A stretch of 48,939 bases of DNA from positions 1-48,939 of the IMG/VR virus record IMGVR_UViG_2910123500_000001; one strand, given 5' to 3'. Positions 26,561-34,325 of the stretch are shown here, piece after piece. The notes under the pieces are model-generated. The model made no database searches, was not told the origin of the DNA, and saw only the letters and a program-made list of their open reading frames with translations. A program made the translations under genes and the position numbers. Source of the stretch: a virus. Numbering within the stretch: the stretch's first letter is position 1; every line of letters starts with the position of its first letter.

Positions 26561-26573
26561 GGGCACTCTGAAG
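26561..26573 (+). promoter_or_regulatory. Late-leader motif GGGCACTCTGAAG
   Basis: A 21-nt gap separates its end from the gpD ATG. Confidence 0.5.
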
Positions 26574-26594
26574 CCATCCCACACCGCTCCTGCT

Positions 26595-27617
26595 ATGCCC
26601 CGCGCCGCCGTCTTTAAGCTCACTTACCTGGGCACCGACATCACCAACGAGATCAACCCGCTGACCCTCCAGATTGCCTACACGGACAACCTGGAGGGGG
26701 AGGCCGATGACCTGGCCATTGCGCTGCTCAACTCTGACCTGCGGTGGCTCGATACGTGGTTGCCCGCCGAGGGTGATCGCGTGGCCTTGGAGCTGGGCTA
26801 TGAGGGTGAGGCGCGTCTAGGGCCGGTGCAGTTTGAGGTGGATGAGCCAGAGTGGTCGGGTATGCCTGACGGGTTCAAGTTGCAGGCGCAGGCGGTGCCG
26901 CTGACCTCCAGTTTGAGGGAGCGCCGCAGTCAGGCTTACGAGAACACGACCCTGCGTGCGATCGCAAGCCGAATTGCTGAAAAGCACGGCCTGGAGCTGG
27001 TTGGCGAGATTCCTAACATCAGGTTCAAGCGCCTGTCACAGTCGGAGCAGACCGATCTCGAGTTTTTGCGCGAGACGGCGGCTGAATACGGCCTGCTGTT
27101 CAAAATTGAGGGCACCACGCGCCTGGTATTTTTTCAAGAGAGCGACCTGGAGGCGGCAGCGCCGGTGCTCACCGTCAAGCGCACTGAGATGGCCAACTAC
27201 CGGCTCAGACGGAGCGCGTCGGGCACCTACAAGGCGGCCACCGTGAGCTACCAGAACGCTGAGAGCGGCGAGTTCATCGAGGTCACGATTGACCTCAACG
27301 GAGCCGAGGTGCCCAAGCCCAAGGATGGGCAGGAGGGTGCGATCGCGAGTGAGTCGATCCTGCGTATCCGCGAACGGGTGGAGAGCCGGGCCCAGGCTCG
27401 ATTAAAAGCGGTGGCTGCCCTCAAGCGGGCCAACAGTGCGCGGGTGGAGCTGGACTTTGAGGCTGAGGGCAATGTGCTCTTTGCGGCGGGCAGCTGCTTC
27501 ACCTTGGAGGGTTTCAAACGGCTCGACGGCAAGTATCTGCTCAGCCGGGTGCGGCACCAGCTCGATAAGGGCCGAGGCTATCGGTGCAGCGTGGAGGCGC
27601 GGAAAGTCGAGGGCTGA
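26595..27617 (+). CDS. Baseplate hub / late control protein D (gpD, VgrG-like)
   Basis: LTYLGTDIT...LQIAYTDNLEGEADDLAIAL...YKAATVSYQN pattern, 340 aa. Confidence 0.8.
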   Translation: MPRAAVFKLTYLGTDITNEINPLTLQIAYTDNLEGEADDLAIALLNSDLRWLDTWLPAEGDRVALELGYEGEARLGPVQFEVDEPEWSGMPDGFKLQAQAVPLTSSLRERRSQAYENTTLRAIASRIAEKHGLELVGEIPNIRFKRLSQSEQTDLEFLRETAAEYGLLFKIEGTTRLVFFQESDLEAAAPVLTVKRTEMANYRLRRSASGTYKAATVSYQNAESGEFIEVTIDLNGAEVPKPKDGQEGAIASESILRIRERVESRAQARLKAVAALKRANSARVELDFEAEGNVLFAAGSCFTLEGFKRLDGKYLLSRVRHQLDKGRGYRCSVEARKVEG

Positions 27618-27623
27618 GCCTCA

Positions 27624-27636
27624 GGGAACTTTAAAG
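27624..27636 (+). promoter_or_regulatory. Weak late-leader motif variant GGGAACTTTAAAG
   Basis: Located between the gpD stop codon and the FHA gene start. Confidence 0.3.
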
Positions 27637-27638
27637 GT

Positions 27639-28262
27639 GTGGCAAGTGTGCCATCGCTCCATCCACCCTCAGCACCAATGGCCAGACTTGCCTGTTATTT
27701 CGTCGCTTCGACCCGCCCGCGCATTCTCGATACGGATCAGGCTCCAGAAGGTAAGTCCCCCTGGACTGTGGGCCGGTCTCCTGAGAGCCAAATCACCTTC
27801 CACAAACCAACCGTCTCCAAAGCTCATGCCCTAATTCGCTACTTTGAAGAGGTAAGGGCTTGGCAGCTTTTGGATTGTGGCAGCCTCAACGGCACGTTCG
27901 TTAATGGCGAGCGGATCGCCCCTTCTCAATGGCGAAACCTGATGGAAGGGGACACAATCGACTTTGGCACCATTGCAGCTCGCGTTCGCATCTCTTTTGA
28001 TGATGATGAAACCCTGCATACCATCGCTGAAGACGAGACGCCAACCTGCAATTTGAAGCCGGCCCTAACTCCGGCTGTTGGTCCAAAGCCAGAGCCAACT
28101 GTTCAACAGGGTGCCGGAGACAAAAGCAAGATGCCGTGGGCGTTGGCTGCGGATGCTCTCGACTGGCTGCAGTCGCCCATCTCTCTGTCGGGAGCAATGT
28201 ACCGACTCCTCGTGTTACTGGCTTTCCTGACGGCTATGGTCGTAGTCGTAATCCACAAATGA
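27639..28262 (+). CDS. FHA-domain protein with a C-terminal transmembrane anchor
   Basis: WTVGRSPESQITFHKPTVSKAHALI...GSLNGTFVNGERI fits FHA. The C-terminal hydrophobic segment is LLVLLAFLTAMVVVVI. Start is GTG at 27639 or ATG at 27678. Confidence 0.7.
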   Translation: MASVPSLHPPSAPMARLACYFVASTRPRILDTDQAPEGKSPWTVGRSPESQITFHKPTVSKAHALIRYFEEVRAWQLLDCGSLNGTFVNGERIAPSQWRNLMEGDTIDFGTIAARVRISFDDDETLHTIAEDETPTCNLKPALTPAVGPKPEPTVQQGAGDKSKMPWALAADALDWLQSPISLSGAMYRLLVLLAFLTAMVVVVIHK

Positions 28263-29344
28263 TTTCAACTCTGGCTGCCGCGATCGCGCTGTGCCCTACT
28301 GCCGCTGCTGCCGTCAATAGCAGGGGGGTGATCTGGCTGTGCAATGAGCCCTTTGCGGCGCTGCTGGGGCACTCCAGAAGCGAAATTGAAGGGCAGGTAT
28401 GTTTGAGCGAACTGGCCCTCCTAGGGGAGCAGGCAGCGGCCCACAAGCAGCATCAGGCGCTGATGGCGGGCAGCGTGGAGAGCTATGAGCTGGACGGCCA
28501 CTGCTGCCGCCCAGACGGACAAAGTTTTTGGATGCATCTGGTGGTGGGGTGCTTCGACCATAGCTACTCGCTTGTGTTTGCCCACAGCATCACCCGGCAT
28601 CAGGAGGTGTCGGCCTTGGAAGTGCTTAAGGATGAGCTGTTGGAGGCAATCCGCTTGCGGCAGTTCGTCCTGTGGTATCAACCCATTGTCCACCTGGCTA
28701 CCGGCAGGATTTTGGCTCAGGAGGCGCTGGTGCGGTGGCAACACCCTAACGGCCTGCGCTACCCAAATTACTTTTTGCCCTTTGCCAGGCACCTGGGGCT
28801 GGAGACCTGGATCTGCCGTATCGTCTTGGGGCTGGCCGCAAAGCAGCTGCGGGCTTGGTCTGATACTGGCGAAACCTGGGCTGTGGCTGTCAATATTGAG
28901 CCCTCAACACTGGAGCTGGTGGCCTTTGAGGAGATGGTCGAGTTTGCAATCGCGCGCTACGGTGCCCCCGCAGACAGGCTGTGGCTAGAGATTGTGGAGA
29001 CTCAAAGTCTCGACATTGAGTCTCTGGTCGATAAGTTGAGGCGGTTGAGCAAGCGCCACCTGTTGGCCATCGACGATTTTGGTGCGGGCTATTCCAATCT
29101 GGGAGCAGTCACCCGCTATCCAGTGCAGGCACTCAAAATCGACAAGCACCTGATCAAAGGGGTGGACCACGATCCGGGCCTGCAAACGGTGGTGGGCACA
29201 GTTATTGTCATGGCTCACGAGTTGGGCCTAAAAGTCGTCGCTGAAGGTATTGAAACCGAGGCGGAGCTGCAGTGGCTTAAGACTTACGGCTGCGATTTCG
29301 GGCAAGGATTCTGGCTGGGCAGACCTGCGGCGGCGAAGCAGTAG
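28259..29344 (+). CDS. PAS-EAL c-di-GMP phosphodiesterase
   Basis: QEALVRW, EIVETQ, AIDDFGAGYSNL, KIDK, AEGIETE and GQGFW motifs. The ATG overlaps the FHA stop codon (ATGA). Confidence 0.85.
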   Translation: MISTLAAAIALCPTAAAAVNSRGVIWLCNEPFAALLGHSRSEIEGQVCLSELALLGEQAAAHKQHQALMAGSVESYELDGHCCRPDGQSFWMHLVVGCFDHSYSLVFAHSITRHQEVSALEVLKDELLEAIRLRQFVLWYQPIVHLATGRILAQEALVRWQHPNGLRYPNYFLPFARHLGLETWICRIVLGLAAKQLRAWSDTGETWAVAVNIEPSTLELVAFEEMVEFAIARYGAPADRLWLEIVETQSLDIESLVDKLRRLSKRHLLAIDDFGAGYSNLGAVTRYPVQALKIDKHLIKGVDHDPGLQTVVGTVIVMAHELGLKVVAEGIETEAELQWLKTYGCDFGQGFWLGRPAAAKQ

Positions 29345-29459
29345 GCAGCAAATCTACGCATGGCTCTGGCGGGCTGACTTAGAAATTCAGTAGTTGTCTC
29401 AATGGCACGGTCTAAAGCGCTACCGATGATAGGTTTAGCCACCTCGCCCCCGCCTCAGT

Positions 29460-30230
29460 ATGCGCCCGTCTACTCCCGCCGCTACGAACTGCCTCGAAGC
29501 TTTGATTGCTTACAAGCAAAACCCTTCAACCGAAGGCCGAAATAAATTGGTACGGCTCAATGCAGGCCTAGTGCGAAAAGTTGCACACCGCATCCTACAG
29601 CAGTGCAATGAGCCCTATGAAGACCTGGAGCAGATTGGTTACCTGGGCCTGATCCGGGCCATCGAGCGCTTCGATCCGACTCAGGGCTGCGCTTTCAGCT
29701 CGTTTGCGGTGCCCTACATTCGGGGGGACATGCTGCACTACCTGCGCGATCGCAGCGGCACCGTCAAAATCCCCCGCCGCTGGCAGGACTTGCAGAAGGA
29801 GGCGCAGAAACTGCAGCCGCAGCTGCAGCGGGTGCTGGGGCGCACGGCTGATGAGACTGAGCTGGCCCAGGCGCTGGGTGTGCCGGTGAGCGAGTGGCAG
29901 GAGGCTAAGTTCTCGAACAAAAATCGTCACCTCCTAAGCCTTGATGCCAGGGTAGGCGGACAGGATGATTCTGCGATTACGCTGGGAGAAACTCTCCCGG
30001 ATGCGAACTACCAAGTAATGCAAAAACTTGAGGAAGATCGGGCGCAACTGCAGCGAGCTATGCAGGGCTTGGAAGAGGGCACGCGCACTGTGATTGAGTT
30101 TGTGTTTTACAACGGTCTATCTCGAAAAGAGGTAGCTAAAAAAATTGGTGTTAGCCCTATGACGGTCAGCCGCAGACTTCAGGAAGGCCTGCAGCAAATG
30201 GCTTCATGCCTGGGCGCTGCTAAGGCATGA
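29460..30230 (+). CDS. Sigma-70 family sigma factor, group 3 (SigF/SigB-like)
   Basis: YEDLEQIGYLGLIRAIERFDPTQGCAFSSFAVPYIRGDMLHYLRDRSGTVKIPRRWQDL, plus the region 4 HTH LSRKEVAKKIGVSPMTVSRRL. Confidence 0.85.
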   Translation: MRPSTPAATNCLEALIAYKQNPSTEGRNKLVRLNAGLVRKVAHRILQQCNEPYEDLEQIGYLGLIRAIERFDPTQGCAFSSFAVPYIRGDMLHYLRDRSGTVKIPRRWQDLQKEAQKLQPQLQRVLGRTADETELAQALGVPVSEWQEAKFSNKNRHLLSLDARVGGQDDSAITLGETLPDANYQVMQKLEEDRAQLQRAMQGLEEGTRTVIEFVFYNGLSRKEVAKKIGVSPMTVSRRLQEGLQQMASCLGAAKA

Positions 30231-30305
30231 AAAAACCGCCCAGGAGAGGCGGCGTGGTGCGGTTTGTATGGGTTTCTCCTACTAAGAACCATGTGTGCCA
30301 GTCGG

Positions 30306-30457
30306 CTCAGGATGCCGCTTAAGCCAATTCAGGATGCTCAGGACGTTTCGCTCAGGATTTTCAGGATAGGACTCTCAGGACGGCTCAGGATGCCCATCCT
30401 GTCGATAATCCTGAGCCGTCCTGAGGGGTTTTCGGATTCCATCCTGAGTATCCTGAG
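30306..30457. repeat. Converging array of (C)TCAGGA(T) 8-mers
   Basis: Seven plus-strand copies (cores at 30307, 30329, 30338, 30352, 30361, 30375, 30385). Four perfect and one degenerate minus-strand copies (30397, 30409, 30419, 30442, 30451). Perfect 18-bp inverted repeat at 30374-30391 / 30408-30425. Confidence 0.85.
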
Positions 30458-30465
30458 CATTTTGC

Positions 30466-32229
30466 CTAGGCTGTGCCACTTACGGCATAGAGGGGGGCAC
30501 CATTCTCAAATCTGCTCAGAATCATTCCCTCTTCAGCCATTCGGTTCAAGACCGCTTTAGCCTCCTCAGCAGAGAGTTTTTTTAGGTCTGTGATCGCACT
30601 CTTGATTTGGTGCCCAGGGACAAATCCGTCTTGTCGTTCTAGGTAAGCGACTACCTTGGCTTCTACCGATTCAGATGTCTGCTGTTGGAAGGCATTCTCT
30701 AGCCGCTGCTGGTCAGTTTGGGGTGCGGCTCCATAGGTGGGTTCAGCATCTTGAGAGGGGCTCGGGTAGGCCATACGACCGGGTACAAGGCAGGGTTTTA
30801 CATCTCCGTCGAACTGAGGGAATGAGCACAGCAACGGCTCACCTTTGACGGCTGCCAGCTGATAGAAACCGCTATCAAGTTTCTTCAATTCTGCCACCTG
30901 CGGCCCGGTCAGAGAATCGACGTGCTTCGAGTACCATGCCGGCATGTGGGAGAAGCCATCGGCGCACCGCTCCGATCCGCAGATGACAGACCAAAGGTTT
31001 TGCAAACTGGCGGCAGAGATGCCCTTGATATCGCTGCCGTTTTGGGTCTGCGACATCAGGGCCAGCATTGCCCCTTGGGCGGCTCCGGTCGCCAGCAGGA
31101 GCTTAATCAGGCTGCTGAACTGTTTGGTCACTTTCTTGTCTTCGTCGGTTTCGGCCTGTGACTCTAGCAGGTCAGTGACGGCCAGGGCCTCGTCTAGCAC
31201 CAGCCAGTGAGTCTCCTTGCACCGGCCATCGAGAATGGCGGCAATCATCGGCTGCACCTCTGCCAGGACAGCAGCGACATCGGCATGGATGTTGAATGCC
31301 CGCAACCGGTAGCCCTTCCAGTGGTGGGGCACGCGATCGCTGTCCTTCAAGGTCAGGTAGGTGACATGCTGAGCGTCTTTCAGCAGGTGCAGCAGCGTGT
31401 TGGTCTTGCCGCCCCTAGACGGTGCCAGCAGCTTCAGGTGCGTCTCTGGGCGCAGCGACAGCACTCCGCGAGGAATGGCAGTTCTGACGGCTGAACTGTC
31501 GTCACAGGGCTGAACCGACTCAGCTGGGACTGCGATCGCACCTAGCCGGGTAGTCGGCCCAATGTTGCCCCCGGTCGGCTGCGGCTCGGGTTCAGGCGTA
31601 GAGTCTGCCGGCAGGGCTGCTTGCTGCTGTGCCCCTGCCCGTAGCCGCTTGAAATCATCCTCACTGGCTAGGACGTACTCAGCCACTTCGGCAGCATCAA
31701 CGGCCATCAGCAGCTCGGGGGTGTGCTTGATGTGTTGCCCGTACAGCTCATGGAACCGGCGCTTTGCCACGCTGTAGGCAAAGTAGCGGTGCTCGTCACT
31801 GGGGAGCTGAGCTAGGGCATGGGCCAGCCTGTTGCCGCAGGTGAGGATCAAGGCGTACTCAGCCTTTTGGGCGGCGCTCATGTAGCTGTAGTCTTCGAGC
31901 TCTGGCAACTCCATCTGAGCACCAGAAGCAGCCCCTAGCATCTCGGCGGTACCGGTATCGCTGAAGGGGATGAGCATCACCCGGCCAGTCTTCTTGGCCT
32001 GGCCCATCACCCCAGCTATGTAGGTCACTACACCGATGCCGATCGGGATGGTGGCCAGCCCGCCAGTCGTGATGGCAGCCAGGCCCCCTAGCGCTAGGCT
32101 GGTCAGCCCCAAGGTCTTGCTCAGATTCCCGGCGGCGCGCTCGGCCTGGGCGTCTTCCACCAGTGATGTCAGACGGCGCTTGAGGACGATCTGAGCGTTT
32201 GAAACTTGCTGCTGAATCTCGGTGCTCAT
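30466..32229 (-). CDS. Membrane-anchored FtsK/SpoIIIE/TraB-like (FtsK-HerA superfamily) ATPase with a C-terminal wHTH
   Basis: N-terminal hydrophobic hairpin, Walker A LLAPSRGGKTNT, Walker B HWLVLDEA, LALMSQTQ...IKGISAASLQN, and a gamma-like C-terminus ...AKAVLNRMAEEGMILSRFENG. Confidence 0.6.
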   Translation of the reverse strand: MSTEIQQQVSNAQIVLKRRLTSLVEDAQAERAAGNLSKTLGLTSLALGGLAAITTGGLATIPIGIGVVTYIAGVMGQAKKTGRVMLIPFSDTGTAEMLGAASGAQMELPELEDYSYMSAAQKAEYALILTCGNRLAHALAQLPSDEHRYFAYSVAKRRFHELYGQHIKHTPELLMAVDAAEVAEYVLASEDDFKRLRAGAQQQAALPADSTPEPEPQPTGGNIGPTTRLGAIAVPAESVQPCDDSSAVRTAIPRGVLSLRPETHLKLLAPSRGGKTNTLLHLLKDAQHVTYLTLKDSDRVPHHWKGYRLRAFNIHADVAAVLAEVQPMIAAILDGRCKETHWLVLDEALAVTDLLESQAETDEDKKVTKQFSSLIKLLLATGAAQGAMLALMSQTQNGSDIKGISAASLQNLWSVICGSERCADGFSHMPAWYSKHVDSLTGPQVAELKKLDSGFYQLAAVKGEPLLCSFPQFDGDVKPCLVPGRMAYPSPSQDAEPTYGAAPQTDQQRLENAFQQQTSESVEAKVVAYLERQDGFVPGHQIKSAITDLKKLSAEEAKAVLNRMAEEGMILSRFENGAPLYAVSGTA

Positions 32230-33104
32230 GCCTGCACCTCCTCATCTTCCAGGTCGGTCAGCCCGGTCAATTTGTAACAGCTCTCGAAGCCGAACACCTC
32301 GATCACCCCGTTGAGCAGCAGGAACACAACGGTGCTGCCGCTGTGCTCAAAAGTGACCAGGAAGCAGCCGATTTCAAAAACGTAGCTGGTCACAATCACC
32401 AGGCCATCGAAGATGTAGTTGTCTACCTCGGCGTACTGAAATTCAGCGTTTCGGATCTTTGCGATCGCTAGAGCTCTGGGGCTGAGGTCATCTACCCGAT
32501 ATTTGCGAACCCGGTCAAGCCTGGCTTTACGAACTTTGATGCTGACCGAGCGGATTGCTTTGGCCTGAAGGATGCCGCTGACCGCAGCTCCCACTAGCGC
32601 GATGTAGAAGTTGGGGTCAGCCCAGACGAGGTAATTGTCGAAGCTGGTGTTGCCGAAAGCTCGGTAGCCCGGCACCCAGCCGAAAGCGAAGTTGGAGCTT
32701 AGGCGGACCAGCTTCAGGGGACTGGGCAGCACTCGGCCCAGCTGAGCCCCATCAGAGACGCCTAGCTTCGGAACGAATCTGACGTCTTCGGCGACCCGGC
32801 CAGAGCCGTAAATCTCGCTGGTGCCGGCGTTGAGCAGCACGAGCAGACTCTCGGTGGTGAGGCCGTAGGCATAGACCATGCCGGCACTGAACAGCAGCAC
32901 CTTGCCGGTGATTTCAATCTTGCCTCTGCCCTTGGCTTCCTCGGGTTCTGTCAGCCAGGCCAGGCCGCGAGCAATCCAAACGATGGGGCGGCCCAGCTGA
33001 GCCAGCAGGGGCGTTTTACTAGAGGCTTTAGGCTTCCAGTTGTTGTCCCTGGTAGCGGTGTCTGCAGGTGTGGTGGTGTCTGCGGGAGGATTAGCTGATT
33101 TCAT
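32226..33104 (-). CDS. Polytopic membrane protein
   Basis: Several hydrophobic helices (VLLFSAGMVYAYGL, FYIALVGAAVSGIL, GLVIVTSYVFEIGCFLV, VVFLLLNGVI). Its stop codon overlaps the ATPase start. Confidence 0.55.
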   Translation of the reverse strand: MKSANPPADTTTPADTATRDNNWKPKASSKTPLLAQLGRPIVWIARGLAWLTEPEEAKGRGKIEITGKVLLFSAGMVYAYGLTTESLLVLLNAGTSEIYGSGRVAEDVRFVPKLGVSDGAQLGRVLPSPLKLVRLSSNFAFGWVPGYRAFGNTSFDNYLVWADPNFYIALVGAAVSGILQAKAIRSVSIKVRKARLDRVRKYRVDDLSPRALAIAKIRNAEFQYAEVDNYIFDGLVIVTSYVFEIGCFLVTFEHSGSTVVFLLLNGVIEVFGFESCYKLTGLTDLEDEEVQA

Positions 33105-33119
33105 CGGTTGAGTCTCCAG

Positions 33120-33626
33120 TTACTTGAGTTGGCCAAACGTGCACATCTTTCCGGCGCTCATGGCGGGCTCGGTGTCGATGGTGATGACCGCGCCATCCTT
33201 AACGGCTGCGACCAAGTGGCCGGATTCCGCATAGAGGGGATACCAGCGCCCCAGCGCGGGGTTGAAAATCGGTGCAGTGGGGTTGAGGCCCCAGTTGATG
33301 AGGTCTTGATCGACGGTGCCGGGGTTGTAGCGAAATCGGTTGAGCCTGACCCCGCAGGTGTGGTCGAGCACGTTGGCCCGCTGGTAGGCGTCTGAGAGTT
33401 GCGCTCGCTGCTGAATCTGGGCTAGCTCGGCCTCGGTTTTTTCCTGAGCTCGCAGCTGAGAGCGCTGCACTGAAACCCGCGTCATTGTCTCGCGCTCGCT
33501 CATGTTGTCCCAGACTGCCAGCGTGTTCTGAGTTCCCAGCAGGCCCATACACGCAGAAAACCCAGCGAGGACTGGCAGGCCCCACCGGCTAACGGCTTTG
33601 TGTTTATCGGTTGGAATGAAATTCAT
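33120..33626 (-). CDS. Signal-anchored protein with coiled-coil and globular domains
   Basis: The ATG at 33626 (MNFIPTDKHK...) was chosen. It has a TM segment WGLPVLAGFSACMGLLG. The longer ORF to 33764 would overlap the upstream gene. Confidence 0.45.
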   Translation of the reverse strand: MNFIPTDKHKAVSRWGLPVLAGFSACMGLLGTQNTLAVWDNMSERETMTRVSVQRSQLRAQEKTEAELAQIQQRAQLSDAYQRANVLDHTCGVRLNRFRYNPGTVDQDLINWGLNPTAPIFNPALGRWYPLYAESGHLVAAVKDGAVITIDTEPAMSAGKMCTFGQLK

Positions 33627-33681
33627 GGCTGTCCCTGAATCACGGCAAAGGCCCCTACCGACAGCAGTAGGGGCGAGGAAG

Positions 33682-33996
33682 CTAGACGCTTGCGTAGCAG
33701 AGGCTTTCTGCGATCGCATTGACCAAGGTGACTGCTTCCCCCCAACTCGTGAGTTCTTCGTCAAGCTGCTGCACCAGAGTCAGCAGTTCGCTGTCGGCGG
33801 TGGGGTAAGCGTCTAGCAGGGCAATGTCTAGGCGCTCTGAGATGCCGTCCTGCTGGACAGCTGATGCGGCATACGCTAGGGCGGCCATCAGGTGCAGGCG
33901 AGTCTCTACGGTGAGGTGCTGCAGGGTGCTGCCGTAACGCTGCTGTAGGGCCTGCACCGAAGGCAGATCGAGGTAATAGGTCAGGCAGTTAGCCAT
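33682..33996 (-). CDS. Hypothetical helical protein
   Basis: 104 aa, preceded by copy A of the 81-nt leader element. Confidence 0.4.
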   Translation of the reverse strand: MANCLTYYLDLPSVQALQQRYGSTLQHLTVETRLHLMAALAYAASAVQQDGISERLDIALLDAYPTADSELLTLVQQLDEELTSWGEAVTLVNAIAESLCYASV

Positions 33997-34074
33997 AATT
34001 GGGTTAAGTCCTTACGTAGTTTGCGTGGGATGAAGGCCCCCGAAAGTGGCGTGGAAACTGGTTTCGGGGGTTAT
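33994..34074 (-). repeat. 81-nt intercistronic element, copy A
   Basis: 80/81 identity to 34245-34325. The minus strand reads TAA-CCCCCGAAA(16 nt)TTTCGGGGG...AAGGA...ATG. Confidence 0.85.
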
Positions 34075-34247
34075 CTAGTCATTTTTTTCGGCTGCAGCCG
34101 TTGGGGGAGACTTCCAGGCGGGGCAACCTCAGCGATTTCCGTTGCCAGTTTCTTAAGCAGGTCTGGCCGGTCGGCCAGCTGCCCGATGTAGTTTTTGGCT
34201 GTCTCGAAGGCTGCTTCTTGAAACGATTGGTCGAAGTTGCTATTCAT
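34071..34247 (-). CDS. Small protein (58 aa; below the ORF-track cut-off)
   Basis: Hand translation gives MNSNFDQSFQEAAFETAKNYIGQLADRPDLLKKLATEIAEV.... It is bracketed by the two 81-nt elements. Confidence 0.4.
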   Translation of the reverse strand: MNSNFDQSFQEAAFETAKNYIGQLADRPDLLKKLATEIAEVAPPGSLPQRLQPKKMTR

Positions 34248-34325
34248 AATTGGGTTAAGTCCTTACGTGGTTTGCGTGGGATGAAGGCCCCCGAAAGTGG
34301 CGTGGAAACTGGTTTCGGGGGTTAT
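34245..34325 (-). repeat. 81-nt intercistronic element, copy B
   Basis: Same unit as copy A, again spanning from the upstream stop codon to the downstream ATG. Confidence 0.85.

Noticed and set aside
5859-26573. Reading the GGGCAC motif as a sigma-54 (-24 TGGCAC / -12 TTGC) promoter.
   Set aside because: No TTGC element follows at the required spacing, half the copies have GGGAAC instead, and cyanobacteria are not known to use sigma-54.
30306-30457. Possible CRISPR array.
   Set aside because: The repeat unit is only 7-8 bp, the spacers are 1-15 bp, and orientation flips mid-array. There are no cas genes.
30264-30560. 98-aa plus-strand ORF covering the CTCAGGAT array.
   Set aside because: Its sequence is dictated by the repeats (RLRMP, ILSIL). 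It overlaps the 3' end of the ATPase gene and has no start context.
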